Shown in pieces: positions 36,377 to 44,182 of a stretch of 64,000 nt of DNA. Made by a program: the position numbers and the translations under genes. This DNA comes from a phage, in NCBI GenBank assembly GCA_036436775.1, contig GCA_036436775.1_3676.1. One strand, given 5' to 3'. The notes below the pieces were generated by a model. The model made no database searches, had not been told where the DNA came from, and was given only the letters and a program-made list of their open reading frames with translations. Each line of letters opens with the position of its first letter. Positions within the stretch are counted from its first letter, which is position 1.

Positions 36377-36709
36377 TTAAGGTAGCCAGTAAACAATCTC
36401 GCCTTTCAGCTTCATGTCGTTTCCAACATAAATTTCCCAGCCATCCATCTTAGCAACTGTAGGCCCAAAGTCATCAGCACCCCTTACCTCTTTCCAGGCT
36501 CCGTAGTCAGGTTGCCAGATATAGAATCCACCTTCTTTGTCCCATGCTCCGTACACTACGTTTAACAGGTTTCCCATTGCAACAATGGTGGGCCGTGGGA
36601 ATAATACATCTACAGATGCGCCACAATTTCGGGTATCTTTTAAGTTGCAATCCCAAAAGATATCTGCCAGTGTGGCGGCGATAGCTTTACGTCTTTCTAA
36701 TGTTACCAT
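36377..36709 (-). CDS. Hypothetical protein
   Basis: 110-aa ORF. Confidence 0.6.
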   Translation of the reverse strand: MVTLERRKAIAATLADIFWDCNLKDTRNCGASVDVLFPRPTIVAMGNLLNVVYGAWDKEGGFYIWQPDYGAWKEVRGADDFGPTVAKMDGWEIYVGNDMKLKGEIVYWLP

Positions 36710-36718
36710 ATATCATAC

Positions 36719-36910
36719 TCACTTGTTGTTAATAAGTTCTAAAACTTTCTGTCTTACTTTGTCAAGGTCTGTTGATTCAAAAACTGTGCGATATCCCCAA
36801 CTTTGCCCATAGGAGTGACTGCAATCTCCGTAACACCATTGCTCAATTTGATAGTATTCAAGGAACGGGTGCTGCCTGACTATGATACCGTCTCGATTAA
36901 AAATTACCAT
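36719..36910 (-). CDS. Hypothetical protein
   Basis: 63-aa ORF with GAGAGGGATAT RBS. Confidence 0.55.
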   Translation of the reverse strand: MVIFNRDGIIVRQHPFLEYYQIEQWCYGDCSHSYGQSWGYRTVFESTDLDKVRQKVLELINNK

Positions 36911-36941
36911 AATATATCCCTCTCTGCTAGTTTATGTTTGT

Positions 36942-36970
36942 ATTATACACCGCAGTTTTCAGATGTCAAC
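36942..36970 (-). promoter_or_regulatory. Sigma70 consensus-like promoter TTGACA-N17-TATAAT (- strand)
   Basis: Both hexamers perfect on reverse complement. Confidence 0.6.
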
Positions 36971-36973
36971 CTC

Positions 36974-37168
36974 TTACAGATTGCTCCAGTACAATCGGCA
37001 TTTACATTTTGGGCAATGAGGTTCTTTTATGTAATAACCGTCAGTCTTTGGAACACTTTTTGGTGCAGTTTTAACATTGTACCTGGTAAAACATCGGAAG
37101 CAGGTTACCTCTCCGATCTGTTGATCGTTGATCCACTCGCCAGAGTAAAGCTCTTTCTTGTTTCTCAT
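36974..37168 (-). CDS. Small Zn-ribbon-like protein
   Basis: Start moved to ATG with GGGAGAGAATT RBS; CFRC...CPKC Cys pairs. Confidence 0.5.
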   Translation of the reverse strand: MRNKKELYSGEWINDQQIGEVTCFRCFTRYNVKTAPKSVPKTDGYYIKEPHCPKCKCRLYWSNL

Positions 37169-37419
37169 AATTCTCTCCCAAATCCTCTGCAATCTTATAC
37201 CAAAATCTCCAGCCAGAAAGCACACGGGAACACTTTGAGGATTGAATCTTTACTTGGCTCGGAAGTTCTTTTTCCGTATGGCAGGTAGAAATACCCTCCT
37301 GCAGATTCGAATATAGCTCCTTCGGTTGTATCTACCACAGCAAGAATTAAGATTTTAGTCTCCACAGTGCTCTCCTCTCTCAGTTGTTGTGGAAACTATA
37401 TCACCTCAGAAGATGGTCG

Positions 37420-37959
37420 TCAACACTTTTTGTACCCCACCACGATCACATCAATGTCTGTGGTGGCAAGATTAATGACGTCTTCCACGTGTTCCCACTT
37501 TAGACCACCAATACCGCATCCGATTTTAGGAATGTAGAACGGTAATGACATACCTTTGAATACCTCGTTGACTCGCTCAAAGCCTTTCATGATTGAGAAG
37601 TATTCAGCATTTGGCCCTGGGTAGAACTGGGTATACAGGTTGATTCCATATACGACCCTGTTCTTGGCAAAATGCTCCCAACAAGAAAACATGCCCAGCT
37701 TGTCTAGATTACCATAAGCAGTCTCTTTGTCGGCTGCCAGTGCTTGAGGGAACTCACGGGCAATATCTTTCGCTATACCTGCACCCATTGTGTGAAAGCA
37801 GTTACAACCGTGGATCATGTGGCCTGACCCTTTCTTGAAAATGGAGATTAGATCTCCACCTATAGTATCAATAATCACGGTATGCCAGCTCCTCTTCCGC
37901 AATTTCAAAAAACTCAGTCCAGCACTGTGGCATATTGGAGTTACCGAAGTGGCTTTCAT
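37420..37959 (-). CDS. Macro-domain protein (ADP-ribose binding/hydrolase fold)
   Basis: GDL...HGCNCFHTMGAGIAKDIAR and IPKIGCGIGG resemble macro-domain Gly-rich motifs; start uncertain, overlaps upstream gene. Confidence 0.55.
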   Translation of the reverse strand: MKATSVTPICHSAGLSFLKLRKRSWHTVIIDTIGGDLISIFKKGSGHMIHGCNCFHTMGAGIAKDIAREFPQALAADKETAYGNLDKLGMFSCWEHFAKNRVVYGINLYTQFYPGPNAEYFSIMKGFERVNEVFKGMSLPFYIPKIGCGIGGLKWEHVEDVINLATTDIDVIVVGYKKC

Positions 37960-38293
37960 AGTAAAGGTTCTCACCACTCGGAAGATAGAAATCTGTTACC
38001 TCGTAGAATCCACAATCGTCGCACTCACCTTCTTCAAACTTGGCCTCAACCTTAATACCGAGGAAGGTGAAAAGTTTATGGATATCTTCAGTTTCGAACT
38101 CCCAGTGAATGTTGTTTTCCGCATCGGTGTAGAACTGGATCAGCAGACCATTGTCCAGTTTACCAAAATACTCTGTGAAGTAACTTCCTTCCCAGAAATC
38201 TTTATGACAAATAATATCCATGCGTTTGCCCATAATAATGGTGTGAGCGTTTTGGGCATCGTCACGAATCAGTTTTGGCATTTCATAGATCAT
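37868..38293 (-). CDS. Hypothetical acidic protein
   Basis: 141-aa ORF; 3' end overlaps macro-domain ORF by ~90 nt. Confidence 0.55.
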   Translation of the reverse strand: MIYEMPKLIRDDAQNAHTIIMGKRMDIICHKDFWEGSYFTEYFGKLDNGLLIQFYTDAENNIHWEFETEDIHKLFTFLGIKVEAKFEEGECDDCGFYEVTDFYLPSGENLYYESHFGNSNMPQCWTEFFEIAEEELAYRDY

Positions 38294-38361
38294 CTTAGTT
38301 CTCCGGGTTCAACAGGTGGTGGTGCTACAGGAAGATCATAAAACATGGCTATCACAGTCTC

Positions 38362-38559
38362 TTACACAGGAATTGCTTCAAATAGACCGTTATCTATACC
38401 GTCCTTCAGATAGAGATTATATTCTATGTCGGTATCTGTATAAAGGGCAGCATCCAGCATTCTATCTGTGAGTCCATCCATCGGGTGGAGAAACCACCAC
38501 CCACGCCAGTCAAAGTAACAGCCTGGTGCATCTTCTCTTACACGGATTCGATAAATCAT
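38362..38559 (-). CDS. Hypothetical protein
   Basis: 65-aa ORF with AGGAGG RBS. Confidence 0.55.
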   Translation of the reverse strand: MIYRIRVREDAPGCYFDWRGWWFLHPMDGLTDRMLDAALYTDTDIEYNLYLKDGIDNGLFEAIPV

Positions 38560-38655
38560 GGGCAGTGGCCTCCTGTTAGCTATACATCCCAGTTTTCTTC
38601 GTTCATCGCGTCCTCCCGTTATATGAAGTTATAATTGCACACCTTTCAACCTGTG

Positions 38656-39072
38656 TCAACAGAAAACTTCAACAAATTCTTCCACAGTTTTAATGTCGTG
38701 GGAAAAAGGTTTACGGCTATAACGGGCAATAGCACTATCAACCACCGCCCGGTACTCAAGATCTTCAGAGTATTTCATGAAGCATTGTAGTGTTTCTGGA
38801 CAGATAGCCAGATAGCTCCACCACCCTTCATCAGATTGATAGTCAAATCCCATACTCTCCAACCATGAAGCATATACTCCAGCACCCTCAAGCCAGTGAG
38901 TATTTTCATCCAGAAACTTGTTAACAGACATGTGAGCTTCTAAGCACTTGTCCAGCTCTTTTCCGTTAACCAGCCACGCACTAACTGTGGCGCATCCAAG
39001 GTCTACAGATTGAGTTGACAGGTTGTATTGGTCATAGTTCTCAGGTTTAACAATGATATCTTCTAATGTCAT
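38656..39072 (-). CDS. Hypothetical protein
   Basis: 138-aa ORF with AAGGAGATCTG RBS. Confidence 0.6.
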   Translation of the reverse strand: MTLEDIIVKPENYDQYNLSTQSVDLGCATVSAWLVNGKELDKCLEAHMSVNKFLDENTHWLEGAGVYASWLESMGFDYQSDEGWWSYLAICPETLQCFMKYSEDLEYRAVVDSAIARYSRKPFSHDIKTVEEFVEVFC

Positions 39073-39134
39073 TTTTCAGATCTCCTTATGCAAAAATGCC
39101 CCACCCTTTCGGGCAGGGCTATGTTAACTAATTG

Positions 39135-40361
39135 TTAAAAAGGGATGTCATCATCAAAGGAGTACTGTGCTGGATTCTGATCCATTGGGTCATCTTCCTC
39201 ATCATTTACAGGAGGAGCGTCTACAGTGTTTTGCTGTGGAGCTGCTTCCTGTTTGGCAGCCTGAGGTTCTTGATGGTCAGTTGACCCAGCACCGTTCTTG
39301 ATCCAATCGTACAACGGCTCAGCCAGATTAGTCAAGACATCTTTTGCTTCTGCAGTAATTGCCGCTGCAAAATCATCAACTTTCGTTTTCTTGTCAATAC
39401 GGCGACAAGCGTTCAACACCGCATTACCGACACTGGCACCTACTTCATCTTCAGTTCGGTTGGTGGCTTGAGCATACTCTTTCTTAAGCTCAATGGTGAC
39501 TACGTGCAGTGTTTTAGCCACGCCTAGTGGGTCGTCTACCTTAAACCCGCGATCCAGGATGATCTGCAACGCATTGATGCTATGCCCCGTCTCCACACCA
39601 ATAGGGTCGTAAGAGGATTTACGCTTGCCACCAGAACCTTGGGTGCCGTTCTCTGCCTTAGGTGGATAGGCTTTGAAACCACTGATAATGTTTCCGGTGT
39701 CTTTGTCAACAATGGCTGCAACACGACCACCTACCACCAGGTCTTTAAGCTGCTCATCCGTGACAACCATAGCACCTTCGCCGATCTTGTGGTCATTAAC
39801 AGTAACCACGTTGCCAACAATCTGAGTCACATCGCCATAGATGCGTAAAACGTCCTGATTGGCATTCTGCTGAGGTTTCTGCTTCTGACCTTGTGATTGT
39901 GCACCTTGTTGCTGTTTTTGCTGCTGAGTCGCTGCTGGAGCCTCTCCTGCACCCAGTTTGACCATCTTAGCCAGTGAGCCTTTGTAATAGGTCTTACCGT
40001 TATGCTCGTTTGCCTTCAAAGGAATATTTACGATCCATCCTGGCGTTACGGTTTCCCACTTGTCATCAATCTTAACAGAGACAGAGTCTTGATGACCAGG
40101 TTTAAGCAGCTTATCACCCATGCTGATCCAGACTTCTTCACCGCCTTGAAGCAGGTTATCAGAGGAATCCAGTTCAGAAATCAGTAAAGAGATGGTGTGG
40201 CTGGATTCAATTTTCTTACCTTGCCACACAGTGGTTTTAATACCTGTTGCAGGATCAGCCCCTTTAATAGGTTTGATGCTAACACGCTTGATCATACCGT
40301 GAGCCAGTAAAACAGTTTCACGCGGATTCATCGGGTTAGCGAATTGTTGAATAACGCTCAT
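39135..40361 (-). CDS. Putative ssDNA-binding protein with SSB-type acidic C-terminal tip
   Basis: 408-aa ORF; Q/G-rich linker and terminal DDDIPF identical to bacterial SSB C-terminal motif; AAGGAGACAAATA RBS. Confidence 0.5.
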   Translation of the reverse strand: MSVIQQFANPMNPRETVLLAHGMIKRVSIKPIKGADPATGIKTTVWQGKKIESSHTISLLISELDSSDNLLQGGEEVWISMGDKLLKPGHQDSVSVKIDDKWETVTPGWIVNIPLKANEHNGKTYYKGSLAKMVKLGAGEAPAATQQQKQQQGAQSQGQKQKPQQNANQDVLRIYGDVTQIVGNVVTVNDHKIGEGAMVVTDEQLKDLVVGGRVAAIVDKDTGNIISGFKAYPPKAENGTQGSGGKRKSSYDPIGVETGHSINALQIILDRGFKVDDPLGVAKTLHVVTIELKKEYAQATNRTEDEVGASVGNAVLNACRRIDKKTKVDDFAAAITAEAKDVLTNLAEPLYDWIKNGAGSTDHQEPQAAKQEAAPQQNTVDAPPVNDEEDDPMDQNPAQYSFDDDIPF

Positions 40362-40726
40362 TATTTGTCTCCTTGTTCTTCGTTAGTGTTTGCCGTGTGT
40401 GCAAACCCTGCTTGAATTAATTTGTCCTGAACTTGAGCCAACAGGCCCATTGCAAAACTTGTGGTCCCAGAGAGGGCCATCAACATATCTCGTTGTTGAG
40501 CTACCCAACCTAAGGCATAGTCCAAACGACGATATTTTTCTTCTTCACGCAGAGCCTGAAATAATTGTTCAGCCTCCGGTTGTTGTGTGAGCTCCTGAAG
40601 TCTTCCCATGAAAGAAGAAAGCACTAGCAAAAGAGACACTTGATCTTTACTTAACCCTAAGAAAAATTCTTGAGGTTGTTCTTGCTCGTTCATCGCAACC
40701 GACTCTTGATCGTTCATTTGTTCCAT
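40361..40726 (-). CDS. Hypothetical protein
   Basis: 121-aa ORF, ATGA overlap with SSB-like gene. Confidence 0.6.
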   Translation of the reverse strand: MEQMNDQESVAMNEQEQPQEFFLGLSKDQVSLLLVLSSFMGRLQELTQQPEAEQLFQALREEEKYRRLDYALGWVAQQRDMLMALSGTTSFAMGLLAQVQDKLIQAGFAHTANTNEEQGDK

Positions 40727-40809
40727 TATGGAATCTCCGATTTTATTTGAACAACATAGAAGGAGACACTATTTTAGCATCCCCTTCTGTAAATTACAAT
40801 AGGTATTTG

Positions 40810-41055
40810 TTAGCCAATCACTTCGAAAGTTCCCCAATTCCCGTCCAGCAGGCAGGTGATCGGATCCCCATCGTCGTCAAAGATTTCAAAGTTTTCAGCA
40901 TCCAGGATGTGGCCCTCGAACACAATACTTTCGTCGCCACCACCAGAGATAACAGCGTATTCCTTACCTTGAGTCAAGTTTTGACACCCTTTGCCACCAA
41001 AACCTACTTCAACACAACGTACTTTCTGTCCTGCGCGAGCAACTGCTTCAGCCAT
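40810..41055 (-). CDS. Hypothetical protein
   Basis: 81-aa ORF with AGGAGACC RBS. Confidence 0.55.
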   Translation of the reverse strand: MAEAVARAGQKVRCVEVGFGGKGCQNLTQGKEYAVISGGGDESIVFEGHILDAENFEIFDDDGDPITCLLDGNWGTFEVIG

Positions 41056-41072
41056 CTTAAGGTCTCCTGATA

Positions 41073-41393
41073 TTAATCGTTAAGTTCAAAATAGATTTTA
41101 ACAGCTTCATCGAAGATTGGAATCCCGATGTTGTTGATAAGCTGCCAAACTACCATATCTTTACCTGGATCTGGGAGAATGTCAACCTTTCTCCATGCGC
41201 TGTATACCCAGTTCGGACCGCCTTCTGCACTAACTGGCAGATTTTCACCAGCTTCCTGTAGATACTTATGCAGCAAAAGATATTCTGGATACTCTAGAAC
41301 ACTGTCCTCTGTAGTATATAGCAGTTCACGGTATACTTTTAAGAACCCTGCTGGGGTAATGTTTTCAGTCTTCATTTGCCGCTTCTCCTGCAT
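41073..41393 (-). CDS. Hypothetical protein
   Basis: 106-aa ORF with AGGAGAAG RBS. Confidence 0.55.
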   Translation of the reverse strand: MQEKRQMKTENITPAGFLKVYRELLYTTEDSVLEYPEYLLLHKYLQEAGENLPVSAEGGPNWVYSAWRKVDILPDPGKDMVVWQLINNIGIPIFDEAVKIYFELND

Positions 41394-41757
41394 TCATCAG
41401 ATCTGCCATAGCGTCACCAACGAAGAGGACAACCACATCGTTGACAGCGTCAGCATCATCTTTGTTGACGTTGCTGAATTTAGGACACACAGCAATGATC
41501 ATGTAAACACCATTACCAACCTGAACTGTCCGTGTGGTGCACATCATGGCGGTATTTGTACCTTCTTTGAAAGCGAAGCCTTGAAGACGCTCCTCCAAAG
41601 TGTTACCGGTAGATTTCAGAAGCGCCAGCTCGTCCAGGGCATAGATGATATCTCCGGAAGTTAGTGTTGCCTTGCCATCAGACACCATAATCACTCCATC
41701 AGCGCCATCAAGCTTAGAGGCTTCAAAGATATCAATATCCCAAATATTTTTCATCAC
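41365..41757 (-). CDS. Hypothetical protein
   Basis: 130-aa ORF. Confidence 0.55.
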   Translation of the reverse strand: MMKNIWDIDIFEASKLDGADGVIMVSDGKATLTSGDIIYALDELALLKSTGNTLEERLQGFAFKEGTNTAMMCTTRTVQVGNGVYMIIAVCPKFSNVNKDDADAVNDVVVLFVGDAMADLMNAGEAANED

Positions 41758-42026
41758 GCTTCCTCATCATCTAAGTAATCATCAAGAGAGGTGAAGATTT
41801 CACCGAAGTATTCTAAGATTTCTAGCTCACGTGTGGTGCAGCAAACATAATCGCCTTGGTCGTCCTTAATAGTGGCCTCTTTACCCAGAATATCTACTTC
41901 AAGTTCATCGTTCAACAGGACGGCCCCTGTGTAAACTTTGTCAGCTGTGCAGTCACGAAAAGCAGAGTCCTTCTCCAGATAGCCTGGCTTAACCTTGGCT
42001 TTAATTCGTTGGTATTGTTTGGTCAT
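41754..42026 (-). CDS. Hypothetical protein (paralog of 42091-42345)
   Basis: Shares D.AFRDCT...KDD.GD.V.CT segments with neighbour. Confidence 0.55.
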   Translation of the reverse strand: MTKQYQRIKAKVKPGYLEKDSAFRDCTADKVYTGAVLLNDELEVDILGKEATIKDDQGDYVCCTTRELEILEYFGEIFTSLDDYLDDEEA

Positions 42027-42090
42027 TGCTGTGGTCCCCCTTTCGTTTTGATAGGGCCATTATATTAGGCCATATCACTGTTGTCAAGTA

Positions 42091-42345
42091 TTAATGTTCA
42101 GTTTTTACAAAAACTACTTCGTTAACAGTGCACCAGACAGAGTCTCCTTCATCATCTTTAAAGGTAAGGCACTGTGCTGAGTTTTCCAGCTCATCAAGCT
42201 CTTCTTGTGATAGAGGGGCCCCTTCTTCCAAAAGGGCTTTTACCAAAGGGTTATCACAAAACTCTGCTTCATAAATAGCGCCAAGTGTGCAATCTTTAAA
42301 AGCTCGGTCGTTTGCAACGCATTCTGGTTTCAACATGATTTTCAT
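42091..42345 (-). CDS. Hypothetical protein (paralog of 41754-42026)
   Basis: 84-aa ORF with AAGGAGACC RBS. Confidence 0.55.
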   Translation of the reverse strand: MKIMLKPECVANDRAFKDCTLGAIYEAEFCDNPLVKALLEEGAPLSQEELDELENSAQCLTFKDDEGDSVWCTVNEVVFVKTEH

Positions 42346-42421
42346 CTTGGAGGTCTCCTTAATTATTTAACAATCAATGCTCTGTTTGTGGGAAGTATCT
42401 TACATCTAACCTTACTTCTTG

Positions 42422-42793
42422 TCAACGACTATTTTCAATCATCCACCAAGGATCAAGGTAGGTTTGTTGACTTTTTGCCCACTGGCAAACATCTTCGTAC
42501 ATCTGAACTTCGTTTTCAGTCAGTTCGCGAATAGGCTCATCTATACCCTCATTTTTGTGGTAATCCCAGCTGGCATCGATTTCCCATAGCCACGGTTTGT
42601 TATTTCCACGTTTACGCACACAGAAGTCACCAGGACGGCCTGCCAATGCATTTAAGAACTCGTTCTCCGCTCGCTCCTGAAGAATACTAAGGAGCAAAAC
42701 GTTGGAGCATGACCGTAAAATATGCTTCAGCTCGCAGTCATCAATCTCAACTTCAATACGTTGTTTGACTGTGTGGGTACCTTTTACTAACAT
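42422..42793 (-). CDS. Hypothetical protein
   Basis: Start moved to ATG with GAGGAGG RBS. Confidence 0.55.
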   Translation of the reverse strand: MLVKGTHTVKQRIEVEIDDCELKHILRSCSNVLLLSILQERAENEFLNALAGRPGDFCVRKRGNNKPWLWEIDASWDYHKNEGIDEPIRELTENEVQMYEDVCQWAKSQQTYLDPWWMIENSR

Positions 42794-42803
42794 CCTACCT
42801 CCT

Positions 42804-42998
42804 CTAAACGAACTCTGCAAGAGTTGTGTTGTTCACTGCACCGCAGTAAATGGAGTATCCCAGCCCATTAGAGTGCAGAAACCACGGCGTGCCGAAATTA
42901 TCTTTCACGTAGACATCGCCGTTGTTTGTAAAGGGCCAATATTCTTCACCAAGGGTAAAATACCTATTCATACCTTCAGCAAGATACTTTACTTTCAT
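42804..42998 (-). CDS. Hypothetical protein
   Basis: 64-aa ORF. Confidence 0.5.
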   Translation of the reverse strand: MKVKYLAEGMNRYFTLGEEYWPFTNNGDVYVKDNFGTPWFLHSNGLGYSIYCGAVNNTTLAEFV

Positions 42999-43222
42999 AG
43001 GTCCTCTTCAACAACTACAAACTTGGCAAGCAAAGTGGTTCCGTAGATATGATACTCACCGTTTGCCAGGTGAGAGATATACCAGGCAACCCCTTCCTCG
43101 TCTTTAATCATTTTGTTTGCACGAGCTTTATCGTAATAAACCTCGTAGGTCTTTCCTTCTTTAAAGAATGACAGGTCTGTCATCTTTTCTTCTACAAAGG
43201 TAGCTTTAACCAAAGTCGTCAT
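42995..43222 (-). CDS. Hypothetical protein
   Basis: 75-aa ORF. Confidence 0.5.
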   Translation of the reverse strand: MTTLVKATFVEEKMTDLSFFKEGKTYEVYYDKARANKMIKDEEGVAWYISHLANGEYHIYGTTLLAKFVVVEEDL

Positions 43223-43503
43223 TGATCGGTCTCCCTCTTGTTAAGTCTGAATACTGCAATAATAGCATTCCCAAGGTGCAGTGTCAAGTCATTTCCAAGA
43301 TACCACAGCATCCCACGGTCATCTTTAATGAAAGGGTAACAATCTGGTGCCTTCCAGACATTGTACACTTTCCCAACCTGAAAGAAATCAGGCCCTGTTG
43401 GGATTTTGGTACCAGGCCACACTTGAGATACCTGAACACACTCCACCTGCATAATAACAGGAATAGTCATGGATGTAAATGTTTTTGTTGGTTCTACTAC
43501 CAT
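43219..43503 (-). CDS. Hypothetical protein
   Basis: Start moved to ATG with AAAGAGGAAACTTTT RBS. Confidence 0.5.
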   Translation of the reverse strand: MVVEPTKTFTSMTIPVIMQVECVQVSQVWPGTKIPTGPDFFQVGKVYNVWKAPDCYPFIKDDRGMLWYLGNDLTLHLGNAIIAVFRLNKRETDQ

Positions 43504-43552
43504 AAAAGTTTCCTCTTTGCTTAACAGCACCTCCCTGTGCTGATAGTTTACA

Positions 43553-43906
43553 TTAGTGACAATCACCCCAGTTACGACCACACAAGTATTCACCTGTGAT
43601 CTGGAACGGGACTCCCATCATTTTAGAAGCTTGCCAGAAGCAATGCACCACCATTTCACCTACAGGGCTCCAGATAAGTTCAAGCTTTCCGTCATCGTTC
43701 AGGATAGGATCGTACACCGTGTTTCCGTCTCTGTCAACCACTTCGTTTCCGTCCTCATCCTTGCGTGCTTTTTTGTACTTATGACCGTCGAACACATGAA
43801 GTTTGGCCTCCTGCTCTGCCTTAAATGCTTCCAGTTCTTCAATTGTGTCGAAGGTGTACACAGTCTTATACTTCGGTGTGTCAGGGACTTGAAGTTGGTA
43901 CTCATC
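43553..43906 (-). CDS. Family-A DNA polymerase, C-terminal segment (candidate exon 2, motif C onward)
   Basis: Frame begins DEYQLQV...; ends GRNWGDCH, matching the G.NW..H terminus of Pol I/T7 gp5 as recalled; no ATG or RBS of its own. Confidence 0.7.
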   Translation of the reverse strand, partial: DEYQLQVPDTPKYKTVYTFDTIEELEAFKAEQEAKLHVFDGHKYKKARKDEDGNEVVDRDGNTVYDPILNDDGKLELIWSPVGEMVVHCFWQASKMMGVPFQITGEYLCGRNWGDCH

Positions 43907-44182
43907 CAATAGTTCAGGTAGGTCGTTAAGCTACCCCGCACCATTACGTGCATAGCCATACGTTTTCACGTAGGATCGGACCATCTCATATTCCTATGAT
44001 AAGCAACCACAGGAATCCTCCCATTTCGACCGCACTTGCTGGTCTACTTCCTTTCGGAATGGCCTCTGAGCGTTCGCTCTTTTGAGCGCTTCGTTGCGGA
44101 TTACCTTGCCATAAGGTTTAGGCTTCCCGCAGTTAAAGAGGTTATTCGACATAGATTACTCTATGAAGCCACAATGTTATTT
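43907..44182 (-). ncRNA. Candidate 276-nt group I intron splitting the DNA polymerase at motif C
   Basis: Upstream exon ends in U (codon CAT=His); intervening sequence ends in G before GAT GAG; joining gives YHDEYQLQV; internal GACCA/UGGUC pairing; contains stop codons. Confidence 0.5.

Noticed and set aside
43907-44182. 57-codon ORF inside the polymerase intervening sequence as a homing endonuclease
   Set aside because: Too short and lacks recognisable HNH, GIY-YIG or LAGLIDADG motifs; likely a chance ORF within the candidate intron
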